DNA of 64,000 nt from Marsupella aquatica (lineage: Eukaryota > Plantae > Marchantiophyta). Shown in pieces: positions 11,786 through 25,591 of this stretch; within the stretch, counting starts at the first letter, position 1, and each line of letters begins with the position of its first letter. The notes under the pieces were generated by a model. That model searched no databases. It was given only the letters and a program-made list of their open reading frames with translations, and was not told the origin of the DNA. The stretch covers positions 1,426,001-1,490,000 of the forward strand of contig OZ316896.1 in NCBI GenBank assembly GCA_973895155.1. The letters run 5' to 3'. The position numbers and the translations under genes were made by a program.

Positions 11786-13833
11786 ATGTCGTACTTGAAA
11801 CCTTTTGCTGGTTGGTTTAATACATCCATTTCCACATACTCACGGGTGTTGATTGTGTGTTGCTTGGCCTGGTCACCAGCTGCGAATGGGCCTATCGGAA
11901 TCTGCTATGGCACAGACGGAGACAACCTTCCTACACCAACTCAAGCAGTTGCGCTCATCCAATCATTACAAGTCAACAGAGTCCGGATATTCGATGCAAA
12001 TGCTGCAGTGATTCAGGCGTTTGCAGACTCCGGGATCGACGTTTCCATAACAATTGACAACAATGACCTGACTGGGATAGCTTTGAGCCAGAACACCTCG
12101 GATGCATGGATAGCCACGAATGTGCTCCCTTACGTTCCAGCCACCAACATTTCCTCTATCTCTGTGGGGTCTGAGGTCATCTTTTCCGATGGGAACGCGT
12201 CAGCATACCTAGTGCCTGCAATGGAAAATATCTATACATCTTTGAAGACCAATAACCTGGCCTCTCAAATCCAGGTGACCACTTCCAATGCCATGAATGT
12301 GCTGTCCGTGTCGTACCCTCCATCCGCCGGTACCTTCGATCCCGCCTACGCCAGCAGCGTCATAGTGCCATTGTTACAATTTCTTTCCCAGACGCGGGGC
12401 CCGTTCTTGTTGAATTCATATCCCTATTATGCGTACGTGGGCGACCCGAATGGCATTCAGCTGGCTTACGCCCTGTTCAGTGCCAACAACGGAATTGTTG
12501 ATTCGAACAACCAATTGCAGTACACGAACTTGCTGGATGCCCAGCTTGATGCAGTCTACAATGCCATGAAAGGACTCAATTTCACTGACATTCCAATTGT
12601 GATCGGTGAGACGGGTTGGCCGAGTAAAGGTGATGTCTCAGAGACAGCAGCTAATATTATCAATGCGCAGACGTACAACCAGAATCTCATCAACCACATC
12701 GAGACCTCTACGGGGACCCCGTTGCAGCCTGGTATGACTTTTGAGACATATATTTTCTCTCTGTACAATGAGGACAAGAAGGCTGGCCCGATGTCCGAGC
12801 AGAATTTTGGGATATACAACGCGGATGGCACTTCCGCATATCCCTTGAACTTTGCAGGTGGCAATGCGCAAAGTCAGCAGCTGAATCGGACTTGGTGCAT
12901 TGCCAAGACCGATGCCACCAACTCAAGTCTGGGACTTGGTCTAAACTATGCTTGTGGGGCCACCCATGTGGACTGTTCTGCAATTCAACAGGGTGGCGCC
13001 TGCTACTCTCCCAATACTTACCAAAATCATGCATCGTATGCTTTCAACCAGTACTACCAAGCCAGCAATTTGGATCCCAGATCTTGTAACTTCTCCGGTA
13101 CTGCCACGCTCACGACAAGAGATCCAAGTATGGGCCCCATCTACTCCCCTCCCGGATTGGAAGTTGGCGTTTTTCGTCTTATAAGAATTGTCTAAAGTTT
13201 TTCCTCTTCGTTGAGTCTCATCGGGTGTTAGATTAATGGAAATTGCTAGCTGAAACAAAGAGCTGTAGGGAAAACCCTCTGCTTCTGTTTGTGCACCCAA
13301 TACAAAGCTACAGCATATTAGGTTCTGTGAATGTAGAGGAGCCGTCGCAGTAACATTTGGCAGAGATCTACTGTAGCTGACCATTTTATATCAAGTTTGC
13401 TACCTAACGTTCCTGTTCTATTTGTTGGCAGGTTACGGCAGCTGCGTGTTTTTTGCAAGGTAAATTTTTGTTCCTTGGACCTCGTCAAGCTTTGAATCAT
13501 GAGCAGTTGGATGGTCTTTGTATCGTTTAGGCGTCCAGGTCTTGCAAGAAGTCTAAGTGTGAGTTTGGGTGTCCAGGGTAAAAGTCAAGCCTCTTTCTTG
13601 TCTCAGAAATTGTTTTGCTGACATGTACTGTTGCAATGTATCAATCCGGTGGATGTCGATTTGTAAGGTCCTTTGTGCTCAAAGCATATGGTCAGTGATT
13701 GACTGACAGTGCGATTGTCTGATGCAGGTCTTTAAGTTCCGCGCTAATTTTGGGGCAACATCTTCACCCCTTTACCCAATTTTCCATCACCATTTTGTTG
13801 TCTCTCTTTCTTTTGGCTAAATTGAGAGATTAG
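11786..13833 (+). CDS. Glucan endo-1,3-beta-glucosidase (GH17) with X8/CBM43 domain and GPI-anchor signal; exons ~11786-13127, 13432-13459, 13728-13833 (start uncertain)
   Basis: GH17 motifs IGICYG.DGDNLP, ISVGSEV, NSYPYYAY, IVIGETGWPSKG, YIFSLYNEDKK and EQNFGI. X8 domain WCIAK...YACG..VDCSAIQQGGACYSPNT..HASYAFNQYY...CNFSGTA. Splicing CCAA|GTATGG, GGCAG|GTTACG..GCAAG|GTAAAT, TGCAG|GTCT gives DPSYGSCVFFARSLSSALILGQHLHPFTQFSITILLSLFLLAKLRD*, a hydrophobic GPI-type tail. Confidence 0.93.
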
Positions 13834-16633
13834 TGAAAGGAACCTCTCTCCCTCATCTATACTACCGACGATTCAGGGTTTTGAAAAAAAATTGATAATA
13901 ACTTATGGCTAGGCTGGTACCACTTATACGGAGCGGAGTAGACTTGTCATTGGGTAGTTTTGTGGACGTCTGTCCTTGGATTTGCCTTCCTGGAGTGGGT
14001 AAAGTTGAGTCGCACGACTCCGGCACTCTACGGAATATGTGAAGTAATTCTTACCCGCAATTTTGGATGGTGGTCGTCATTCTTTTGATTGACCATGATG
14101 TGAAAATACTCGCGTGGAGAAATGTCCATGCAGGATTATTAGACGCGAAGTTTTCATTCGATTTTGTAGCCTTCGTCTAGTCAAATCAACCTGTGTCTTG
14201 AGAGGGCTTACCGATCTCTGAAAACACGTCTGATGGATGGATTGATGGAGGAACCCTCTTCAGAGGTCTATTTGAGTGTAGAGTTTTTGAACGCTTTCCT
14301 CAGTGCGTGTACCATTCACATTGTGGACTCGATGATCAATCCAGATTTTGGAGGATGCTCAATGAATGTCTTCAGATTAATTGTGATCGTGTGGCACAGG
14401 CATCAGCTGCCGGTTAGCAATGTTGTTGTGCAAAGAATTTATGAGAACTTTTCCATACATTGTTGTATGATGTAATATCCATGCGAACTTTGCGTATGGC
14501 TTTCTCCGTTCCCACTTAATGGAGAGACCCCTTTTCCGTGTGACTTCATTGGTTCAACATCTGAACTCGGTGATTGCCAAATTCATTCTTCGCCAATCTA
14601 CTACTGGGGTACCTCGTATGCCAAACCTTGCTAGTAAGCCAGAACTGCCAACTCCCAGGCGTAACACAATTATCCAACCTCGAGGGATGCTGCACATTTC
14701 GTGGGCTGTGCCGGCAGTGTTCCATTTGTTGCAAGTATAACTCTCTACAACACTTGTCTTTACCAATCGCGTAAATCCATATCGTCTCAGAAAAGTAATG
14801 GTGCCTCCTTCGAAACTTGATAATTCATTACTCCAGTGCTAACATGAATGATCATTCTTTAATTCAAATGTCATGGTTATTTCATATATTATGATGGCGT
14901 GGACTAGCTTTCTCACTTCTTTCAAGAGCCATGTGATGTGCCGAAGGTTCAACTTTGTGATATGTGTTAAACCGTTCGCGAAAAAGCCTGGGCGAATGAC
15001 GTTGACTGATGCTTCCTCGCCGTTAAGCACGTGAACGACCAGGTCGTCATTTTCGAAATTGCACACATGAACAGTTTTGTATTTGGGGAACAGAAAGTTC
15101 GAGCGAACAGCACCTGTGTTACCTCTATGTCAAAAACATAGGGAACTACCACGCAAGATTCTCAGAAGAAGCTGGTCACGCATATAACCTTAAGCTGTGT
15201 TTACCCCTTCGTCCAGTACACGGACGTATACACAAACAGCCTAAAGAACCATTCATGGTTAATCTTTGCAGTCGGGAAATCTCCATCTGCTAGAGTTTTC
15301 ACAGTTTTTGATCCTCTGGAAACCCAAGCAAATGGAGCAGACTGTTTAGGGTTTGTAATCAAACTGGCCCCGTAGTAGCAGTTGTTTTCAAACGAAATCA
15401 CGAAGACCAGAGCAATCTTAACATGCCAGGCAGATCCTCATCAAAATTGGCAACTTCACAATCAGATGCTTTCGCACACTAGATACACCCGAATATTACA
15501 TTATTGCTTTTTAGAAGCATTCTCCACGTAAAACTCGTCTCAAACACCAACCCATCTCTCACCTAAACGAGGGTGAATGACTGGTCTCTGTACAGTTGGA
15601 CCTATCAATGAAGTGCGTCTCCCTCTGGAAGTACATTCGATTTTTGCCTTCAGATCCTTCTAAAAGTATGAACTGGTTTCAGATGGATGTGACGGTTACC
15701 TACCAGACAGCAAGTGAGTGTTGTTGTACAATTTGCTGCGGAAATGATCCAGTCGAGCCTGTGTTGTTTTCATAATCTCTTTGTCTCTATTCCTGTTACA
15801 ACCTGGAGTTGATCGTCGCTGCGCATTGTTGCAAAGGGAAAACGAAACCCATAGCTGGCTCAGAGAAAATGCTTACAAGATCCTTGGCCGTCGTCCTTTC
15901 ATTCTGTTGATTGTCCTCTTGCTCATCAGCATTCACCTGTATCCAAATTGCAGAAATGTCACTTTGTCTTGCTTTAATTAGGAGAATCTGAATGTCAAAA
16001 CTTCATTTGGTGACCACTGCGTTTACCTTTCCACGGTCATTCGCAAGTAGCATGAGGTTGTCGGTTTCGAAAATCTCAAAGATTTCCGATAAGAAAATGT
16101 CCACAAGACCCGTTAGGTTTTAGGTTTCCGAATACGAATTCAGCATTTCGGACAGCAAAATTGGCGAAACCACTGGCTAACAGTGTTGTAAATTTTCCAA
16201 TAAACTTTTAGGGCAAGGAACTACAAATTGAGAACTGCTTTCTCAATGATTTCATTTATCCCGTGATCTGTTCATAACCCCGCAGAGGCACTGATAGTTT
16301 GAGAGCCAGGGCATCAAGCGGGACATAACTACCTGAGTTCAACTTTGTTTTCTTGTACAAATAACCATAAACATTTGCTGTAGCATTTTGTCCGTTAAAG
16401 GTAGAATGCATGAAACACGGGCTCCGTGGGCGAACACCTTCCCATTCAGTTCAGACCCCAAATCCCTAGTGCATTAGACGTTCTATCCTTTAGTGGTGGG
16501 CACCCTGACTTAGACTCACTGTGTTTCGAGGATTTTCCAAGACTTGGGGGATATGCATTCCACATTCTGATGCTTCTAAAAGCAAAACGACTCTCTTAGA
16601 TAAATATCTCAATTGACATTTGCTAAGATGATG

Positions 16634-17092
16634 CTATAAAGCTGTGGAATTGAGGCATGTCTTTCGCACTACCTTAGTGACCTCGCCTGCTGCAGGTGTG
16701 GCCTGAGAAGAGGAATTCCGGTGAAGAATCTCCAGGAGCCGCTGCTTGGTGCGTTGCAGGGCCTCCATGGCATCTTTCATGACCACTTCCGCAGCGACGC
16801 GAGCGCTATCCAGAGCCTCCTCTGCAGGAATGAACAGCTTCTTCCTAACCCCCGAGACAGTGTCCGCTACTGCTGCCGGCGCAGCTCCTCTCTTCTCCGA
16901 TTTCTCGTCCTCTTCCTCTTTTTCGGTCTCCACTGGAGCGTTGGCCTGAGGCTCTAAACTGGACGCCACTAGGTTGCACGCAATTCCCCCTCTGCGACTG
17001 TGATTCCCAGCCAACGAGACGGGTATCGGTCGTGCCTTACGGTCCTCGTCCCTCTCTGTCTGCCAACTAGGGTTCACGCTCTCTTCCCTCAT
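16634..17092 (-). CDS. Hypothetical 152-aa hydrophilic protein, possibly LEA/stress-type
   Basis: ATG at 17092 opens an uninterrupted ORF rich in E/K/A, with a predicted amphipathic helix (EEALDSARVAAEVVMKDAMEALQRTKQRLLEIL). ABRE-like ACGTGGC (17643-17649) and TGACGTCA (17690-17697) lie upstream. No family recognised. Confidence 0.55.
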   Translation of the reverse strand: MREESVNPSWQTERDEDRKARPIPVSLAGNHSRRGGIACNLVASSLEPQANAPVETEKEEEDEKSEKRGAAPAAVADTVSGVRKKLFIPAEEALDSARVAAEVVMKDAMEALQRTKQRLLEILHRNSSSQATPAAGEVTKVVRKTCLNSTAL

Positions 17093-18689
17093 GATGGCTA
17101 CCGTATTGAATTGCGCAGTTCGAAGTCCTGCCAGTGAATCCAACCAATTCCGACACTCAATTCCTTTTCGAAAACACAATTCCCTTTCCAGCTAATCGGT
17201 CCTGCCTCTAGTTGTAACGATTGTTGCTAAAAACTATCAAATCCAATTGCATTCCAGAGACCTTCGATAATTACAATCGGACTCTTCCAGTATCTAGTCT
17301 CCGATAGACAACCAGTTCTCTTCTCTTTGGTTCTACTCCTGACTATATCCCTCGTTCCTGAGCAAGATTCACCCTATCCTTCGTTCGTGAGCAAAATTCT
17401 CCGACATCGGAACGATCCATCTCTCTTTGCTGTCGTTTTGGTTCGCTCCACGGGACCTTCGGCATGCATTGGTGATCGCCACATGCATGAGTCTTTCCTT
17501 GTAAATGTCGTGAGTCCTCAGCTCTCCAGAGTGCTCGATCGGGAAGGGTGAGACATCGCCACATATATCTGTGTGGCCAAGTGGCTCTCTTCCTCGCTCC
17601 CTCCACATGGCAGTGGATGATCCAGTTAAGGTTCTAATGTATACGTGGCACTGTAGATAAGAAGCGTCAGCAGGCTGTTCAGGTTGTTGTGACGTCATCC
17701 CTTCCATCCCGAGTCAGTTTGCAGTAATCGGAGGTTAGAGCACTCCAGACCAGGGATCAGCCTGGAGTCTCAACCCCGGTCTCAACTCTCTGGGGTTTGG
17801 CTCCTGTTGGGTCACACATGTTTTCTCAGAAGTAAAAAGACACCCTGTTAGAGCGTATCAAATATTGAAAAAAAACTCACCTCATGGAAGTCATGCACTC
17901 GGGCGCACCAAATTAAACTGGGTATAGCCAGGCAGTGATAGTTTTGGGCTCTCAGATTGGAGAGGGGTGGCGGCAGTGTGTGAAAATCGCAAGAGGAGTC
18001 GTTCCCCCTGCCCCGGGTCACAACACTCCTGGACAAGCTCACGCACTAAGATTTGTTGTATTTGAGACGCCCTATTGGCAAGTTGAGTGGCAGGCATCTC
18101 ATCTTTGGCTGAGAGCTCCCGGAGTGAAGGCCCACCCTGGCAATGAATGGGTGCAGTTGCATGCTAAGAAATTCCTGGTAGTCTTGATGTCTCTCAATTA
18201 GACAATCTTTGCAGTCCACAATATTTGGTGATCACGCGAGGGTAAACCACACCTGAACCGGCTAGTCCTAGTGCACGGGAGGCTGCTTCTGGTGGGCTGG
18301 GAGTTTGAAAGTAATAGGCCCACCCAAGGGTGCACAAACACAAGACCGGCAGGCCTTAATTTGGTACTACAGGAACTTTCTATTAGGTGTGAGGTTTGCA
18401 AGTTAGAGCATCTCAATCATGGGCACATGAAGAGAGTCTAAATTGTTTGATGGGTATTTCAGACATGCGTGTTGAGAAGGCAACTAACCCCTTGCAAGAA
18501 ATCAAAGTGGAGGTGCTGCTTGGGGTCTTAGATATAATTTGTCTTCTCTAAGCATATTTAATCAATGTAATGAGGAGATTGGTTGTGATGGGTATTCCAG
18601 TCATGTAATTTGAAGGAGGAGGTGACAAATTAAAAGAAACTGAAGTGGATATGTTGCTTGGGTCTTTAGATGTTAAGCATTTGGAAGTA

Positions 18690-18844
18690 GGGGGGGGGGG
18701 GGGGGGGGCATAGGGAAGGGGCTTTTGAATTATAAATGAATATGAATATGTTGAAGGGAGAGGATAATCTTGTGGAGGTTCGATAGGGGCCCTTGCTTTA
18801 ATTTGTGCACTACATGCATGAACTCCTTCCTTGCATGTGTGTGT

Positions 18845-18875
<31 letters not shown>

Positions 18876-18882
18876 TGGGGGG
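18690..18882. repeat. Poly-G (18690-18708), (GT)n microsatellite (~18836-18858) and adjoining poly-G (18859-18875)
   Basis: Read directly from the sequence. Confidence 0.95.
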
Positions 18883-19467
18883 TTGTTGACTTCACTCTTA
18901 TCAGCTGAAAACAACTTTCTCTAAAGCCAAGGATGTAATCACAGATGACACTTTAATTTGACTGGAACCCTTAGTGGCTTCAACTACATAAATCCTTAGA
19001 AAGCCAACTGAATTCAAAATGGATTAAAATACATTCTTCTTATTTTGCATGTTACGGTCCCCTAACATGGGCTGAGTACCCCAGGCTACTTGACTGTGGA
19101 GCTTGGTGACCTCAGGGTGACCTCATCTGAATGGTGTCAGTGAAGATTTGATATTTCAGATCATCCAAATGTGGGATGCTTACTTCTGCTGTAGGTTAAT
19201 TCATGGACATGAATCCCTAGAAGTTCATTTATTGTATTTGGACTCTTTGTTGCCTTTATTGCCCCATGTCTCATTTGCTTTGTCTGAACCCACTTTGTGT
19301 CCACACAATGGTGAACCCCCACTTTGTGTGAACCCTACCTTGTGTAAAAAGGAATGCGTCTCCTGGGTTTTCAAACACTGACAACACCTCCCCACTTAGA
19401 TGGCCTACAATAGAACCCACAGCCTGCTAGACAAAATATCAGTCTCATTCATAGTATTTATATCCAT

Positions 19468-19671
19468 CAGCTTTTGATTACTTTGCCACTAAAGATGTTC
19501 TAATTCATAATATTGCCACTGTTTTTTCTGTAATTATAAAAATGCCACTGTTTTGCATACAGATAACAAGTTTACCAAGGTAACTAGGGGAACTATAGTT
19601 TTGTAAATACGAAAAAACAGTGGTAATATTGTAAATTTAAAAACCTTTAGTGGCAATGTAGTTAAAAGCTA
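19468..19671. mobile_element. Mutator-like MITE (~204 bp, ~70-bp imperfect TIRs, 10-bp TSD TTATATCCAT)
   Basis: Left arm AGCTTTTGATTACTTTGCCACTAAAG..AATATTGCCACTGTTTTTTC is the reverse complement of right arm GAAAAAACAGTGGTAATATT..CTTTAGTGGCAATGTAGTTAAAAGCT. TTATATCCAT flanks both sides (19458-19467 and 19672-19681). Long TIRs with a 9-11 bp TSD are characteristic of Mutator. Confidence 0.85.
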
Positions 19672-22600
19672 TTATATCCATATATCATGTGCTTAGAAAC
19701 TGTCCTACAGCAGACTTAAATAGCTTGACAATGCCATATGCACTTCCAAGGATCCTTTGCCCCATTTGTATGTTGCAACAATGTCCTGGTAAAACTTACT
19801 TTCTTTCCATAACACGACACTGTAATATCAACACATTGAGGGTGTCTTAGCCGTAAACCCTAAATTGTGCTGAGTTCTGTATGCCCCCCGCCTGAGAAGT
19901 ACTGGAGGTTGTAGAATTTTTTTGATTTGTAGTAGCCCATGTCATTGTGCTCCTGTTGAACCCAACAAATGCGAATCATGATCCTAGTTCACTCTCGAAG
20001 CAGGGCTTGACCTTGGCATTCAAGGCTCTTGAAAGGTGACGATGGAACCAGGGAGGGAAGAAGTGTAGCCCCAAGAAACTTGGGACATATGAGCCCTTGA
20101 GTTTTGCCTCCACTGAAGGCCAATGAAATACGTAGACCTCATTATTCTCCGTCCTAAGGCTTCTCACCCAAAGGTCTTGGAATCAGCCTAATGTTTTAGG
20201 TTTTTTGTTTTTAGACAGTGTGGCTAATGTGAGCTGCTTTAAAGGAGTAGGTGCTAAGAATATTCTTTATCAGTTTTTCCTGGACTATATCTTGACCATC
20301 AGATATCCCCAGATTTACAGACTAGCGTTAGATTTTGGCAAATGAGATCCATGATTTGGTGAGAAAATGGCAAATGACATACAAAGAATTCAGCAAATGT
20401 TAGTCAAAAGTGGCTAACACTTTTTGGGGAGGTGGAATTTGGCACCTAAACAATGAGCTGGTTGGAATACATGTGGCACATCCTCAGGTTAGCTTAATGA
20501 ACTAAACAATACACAAACGAATTATAACATGGGGGCGGGACACGTGGTTAGGTCGATCTGGAGCCTGGAGGAGGGGCAATATGGTCACTGTGCACTACGG
20601 TAGCACGAGCAGTGAGCGGTGCAGAACAATTTGTAATTTTTACTGTTTACACTACGGTCCGTAGGCTCCAGGCGGTAGGCGCCACGCTGTTGCGAGCCAA
20701 CCAAAGTCTAGTTATTAGGCGGTGCGGGATGACTCGACTCGGGGCTACATGATGACAATGACGCAGAGGCTGATCTGTGAGGGACGACACTCTTCCTTTC
20801 TAGAAGCGCGGGGAGGCGATTGCTGACGGAGGCGATGGCGCTGTTGCTTTGTTGCTGGTGCTGCTCCTGCGTGTGATGATGCAAAAGTTTCGAGTTCAGA
20901 TGCGAATCCACGGGAGCAAGCAAGGTTGTCCCGAGTGAGTTGCGTCGACGGGAAAGAATCCAGATACCCTCATTGGCGAATTGGTTTGTTCGGAAGCGAA
21001 GAAGATCTGTCGACGGTATCCTCTGGTTGGTAACTTATCAAGCAAAAGCGTCCTGCCTGACCTGTAAGTTGTTTTTCGTTGGACAGCATGCTGCTGACGT
21101 AGTGTTTTCGACCCCCAATGATGTTTGCGAAAGACGCGGTCAAGCGGCGACCATCCTATTTTTGCCTCAAAAGTAATATGTTTGCAGCGAGAGAAATAGC
21201 AGACGAAACTGCTGAGGTCTTAGCTGAGCTGTGAAGATTTAAGTAGTCCCGAAAAGTCGATCTGCTGAGAGTGGTATGCGACTATTTTTCTGGAAAGTAT
21301 GCTGATTGGCCCGATGGACGCATGGAATCTTTTGGCTGCGTGGAAAGTGAACGATGTGTGCTAAATGGTGCGGCCCTGATCCGGGCCTGGAGCTAGCTTG
21401 TCAGATAATTATATTTGTTAAGCCGAACAAATGAATTGGTCTAAAGTGAGTTTTAAATTACAATTTACAGTGAGTCGATCCCAGACTGTACGCAGCGACC
21501 GAATGACATGGTTAATCGGTTGAACTCTCCAGGATTTCCCTTGGCAAGCTGGCTCCACGACTTCAGCCATTCTATGCTACCCGTCGTTCTACACACGTTC
21601 TATCGCCGAAGGTGGGGAATACTATGGCCTGATCTCGGGCCTGATGGTGCGAACGTCGTGGACCGGGAGTAGGACGACTTTGTGCATGGATCACATACCT
21701 ATTAAAACGCACGGTTGAGCGAAGCATACAATTTTTCTATAAATCAAGCAAATGATTTCAGGAAGTGTATACATGTGCTCTCTACGGCTAATTTAGATCA
21801 CCGTCAGTTTTTATCAAGCACAGTGTACCTCACTCGTTGATCGCAGAAGTAGTGGCAGAACTACCTGAACTACCTGGACGCTAACAATATAAATTATCTA
21901 AGTGCTCTAGTCGATATTGTAACGTTTCAATACTACTGTACTAGATGTAGCAAATATAAATATGTTTCATAGCCCGGTTGAGTACTTTCGAAAAGTTCGT
22001 TTGGAGCGTGTGTTTTCAGGTGTCACAAATTGGTGCATTAACGTACAGATTATCTGCGAGTCAGTTAATCTTGCACTGACCATGACGGGGATCGAAATCA
22101 TTCAAGTTCCCGACCGCTCCGAGGCAGGTAAGTCGTATAGCTATTTAAATGAACATGCTCGCACCTCGTGATATGAGGAGGCCTATGGAACCTAGTACAA
22201 ATACTGAACCCATCGCCTCATCGTAAACATAGCCCTTGAGGTGGCAGGTTTACCTGCAACTCAAGTAGCTAATTCATGTGGTAATATGAGGATGGTGCAC
22301 ACAATTCAATGAAATTTTCCTTTACTTGCAGTCGATGCCGCTTGTGCTGCAATTATCCCAGATGTTCTCCATTACGTCGCCTATATACTTGCTACTGTAA
22401 ACCATCAAAGAAATTACCTACAGCCTGGTGTCCTAAGTTTTAAGATCTCAGATCTCACCAGCTCTCTGTGTACTGACGTCACACCGCAGAAACCAATTCT
22501 ACGGTGTCGACGGGATGGATACATTGTTGTTATCTTCGGGAACTTAATCGAGAGAGTCCTCTATAACAGTCATGTGCCGTGGTCATATAACGTAAATTAA

Positions 22601-24647
22601 AACGCCACCGGAACAGTTGAAGAAGGTACATACACTTGCCGTGTCTGATCTGCTTCTACAGTCGTCCAGGGAATTGAACTACTGCATTCTCTTGCTAGTC
22701 ACGCAGAACGCCGGAGACGGCACTTAACGGTTCTTTTGCCGTCCGTCTCAACATATGACAGAAACAAAGATCAGATAGCCTTGGGATTCTGATCGGCCTT
22801 CATTCATAGATCGAGCCATGTCATAAGCAGTTCTCGTTCTTTGCCAGATAGCATCAAGTTCCCCCTAGCTAACCTTCCGCCTTAGTTGGTTTAGAAGGGC
22901 CTTCAAGGCGATTTATAAACCTCGGAAATAAAGTCGACTGGCGCTGGACTTAGCCGTTACTTTGATGATCAATCACTATATCACACTTGGATAGGAAACC
23001 ACACCGATGGCCGTACCTTGTTAAGAACTCAGCCGCTAAATTGTATATGTGTCTGTTGATATATAATACAAATATGTAGCTTCATTTTCTGATCCCTCGA
23101 ACAGTGGCGGCCCGAGTTTGAAGATGGAGGAGAATTACATGAAACTGAACCTCAAGTAAATGTCAAGACTCTATAAAACTTCTCATGACAGCAAGTTATA
23201 TCATGGGTCTTCTACGCGCAAAAGTTACTAACAGGTGGTACGTCACCAATGATATTGCTCACTGGCTCGTGCTGTACAGACACTTTAAGTTCGCCAAATC
23301 AGACACTTAAGTTCTCCAAATCAGACCTTACCAAGCATAGTCTCCGAAGATAGAGGGTCACGTCAAAGAGATCAATAATAAAATATATTTATAGCGACTT
23401 GGAGTCGATGACGTTTTTCTCGCTAGGCTCGATATCATCCTTAGACAAGAAACTCGATCTAGAACTGTCCAAATATTGAGCACAACTTGAGCAATTGAAG
23501 AGCGTTTATTCATTTATTACTAGAACCGTCCACATTGCAGACGGTGGCTCGATCTATTATCTAACGTAACTCCGTCTGTCAGTGTCAACTTGCTTAATAA
23601 GTTCTGAGCCAGGTCTCTGGCATCTATGTCTGACGCGGCCTTCTATTGTCTTCAGGAAATTAACACATTGAACGGCGCATGCAGGCAGGTTCGAAAGTGT
23701 CCCCAGTGGTTTACGGCCGGCGAATACTAGCTTAATTTGGTCATTTCAAGGGATGTGCTCTCACGCAACGATCGAATGTCTGGACGTCCAGTAGCTGACA
23801 GAACTCGTCTTTCACAAACCCGTTCACAAATCGGTACAATGAATTCTGATCCTCGAACGTTACAATTTGCACTTTTAAATCAAGTGCATCGCATGAATCT
23901 CTGAACTGTGTGGGAGGGACTCGAAAAAGTAGGTTCAACGCTCATCAGGAATCGCACCAGTGAACGATTTCTAAATGAAATTTCTACTCGCAAATTGGCA
24001 ATTAGATCCGGTTTTAGTAAAGTTCTCACCGTCGGTTGGATGAGCCGTGAGCATACAGTAGATCTGACAATGATATATGGAAACGAGTCTCCGTAGATTT
24101 CGAACAATATGTCGAGCATAGGTTGCCGGTAGACAACAGATCAGTTTCAGGTCTTACGGAGACGAGACCGGTCGCCGTTAAGTACGTCTAAAGTCCAGGA
24201 TGATCGTACCGATCTTGAGGTCAATCTTAACACCAGAAGCTTTGCAACATCTGCGAGTCTTTCCAGTATTGAAGGCTGTCTTCAGGATACCCGCGACCGT
24301 AGCGAGCCTAGGAAAGACAGTCGATAGGATTCAAATTCACTCTCGTACTTCTGGCTAGTATCCTTACCTACTAGCGAATGTTGGCCTGAAGCTTGGGACG
24401 ACATCTGTGCCAGCCGTTTTAACTTCCAGGTTCCTATTCCCCGATTGTCAGACCGACTCAATCTGTTGATTGTCTCCAAAACAAGGGGTTCCGTCACAGG
24501 AACACGATCATGTGGTCCACACCCTCACAGATTTTAGTACACCGGGTCGCCTCCCCAAGTGATGATGACTGGAAGATCACATGTAGGGAAGCCCAAAAAC
24601 CGTGACCTGACAAACATGTCGACGGAGACGTTAGTGTGAGTAGCTCT

Positions 24648-24742
24648 AGCTCAGCTCAGCTCTCCTCTCCTCTCCTCTCCTCTCCTCTCCTCTCCTCTCC
24701 TCTCCTCTCCTCCTCTCCTCTCCTCTCCTCTCCTCTCCTCTC
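24648..24742. repeat. (CTCAG)n grading into (CTCTC)n pentanucleotide microsatellite
   Basis: Read directly from the sequence. Confidence 0.95.
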
Positions 24743-25591
24743 TAACCTGACGGACAACTGATCATTTGTACCTGAAGACCTGGTTTGAACGAAAATCATG
24801 AACGTTAGGTTCAAGTGCATCTGAAGCAAGATGCAGACCTACCTAGATCGTAACTGCCAGACTTCCCAGTCTATAGGCTGTCATGCCGTTGAAACCAATT
24901 TTACGCACGAGAGCACCATGTAGCTTGACAGATGAGTCAATCTACCCTCTCTGGATTTCAAGTTGTTTGATGTTAGTATCTCAAATCAGACTCCGTGGTT
25001 GGGCTTGAATTCATGATACCTTTCAAAAACTCTAGCTTGTGACATCAATACACCAAAGCCGGTCGGCAACTATTCACTGCAGCAGAAGCAAAGGCAAGAT
25101 CCATGACAGAATTGAACTTTACAATTGAATTAGGACTGCCGATTGCCAATCCAACATGTTTGCAGAGGTACAAGGTGTTGATAGCTTTGTCTAAGTCTAT
25201 TACGGACTGAACTTCTGACATTGCTCCAAAACTTCCAGGTCTGACTCTAATCAATGATCAGTACTCGTTACGACCAGCCTGAGCCAATCTCATGTCTGGA
25301 GGACCTCTGTGAATCTGATGAAGCGCACGATGAACCTAATCTGGCGGGACGACCGCTTTGACTCGCGACTAATGACTTGTCTGAGCCTCGCTCGACCTGT
25401 CTTTAAAACTCAACGCAAACTCAGCACAAGTCATCAATTTCTCGCTGAGCGCGGATCTCAAATATGTTCTGACCAGAGAGGGTGAACGAATTATAAACTA
25501 CCCTCCCAATGATCGAGTCTGCGTAATTAGATGTGAACCCACACTTCTGCTACGCCACGTCGCCAGCTCTAATTTGAGTCCAAAGGCTCGA

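Noticed and set aside
13128-13195. ORF-track C-terminus of the glucanase (MGPIYSPPGLEVG...)
   Set aside because: Read-through into an intron; the spliced form restores the conserved DPSYGSC motif and the GPI tail.
18548-18895. Pro/His-Thr-rich ORFs here and at 8107-8295
   Set aside because: Artefacts of translating poly-G and (GT)n tracts; the poly-G lengths may also be sequencing-inflated.
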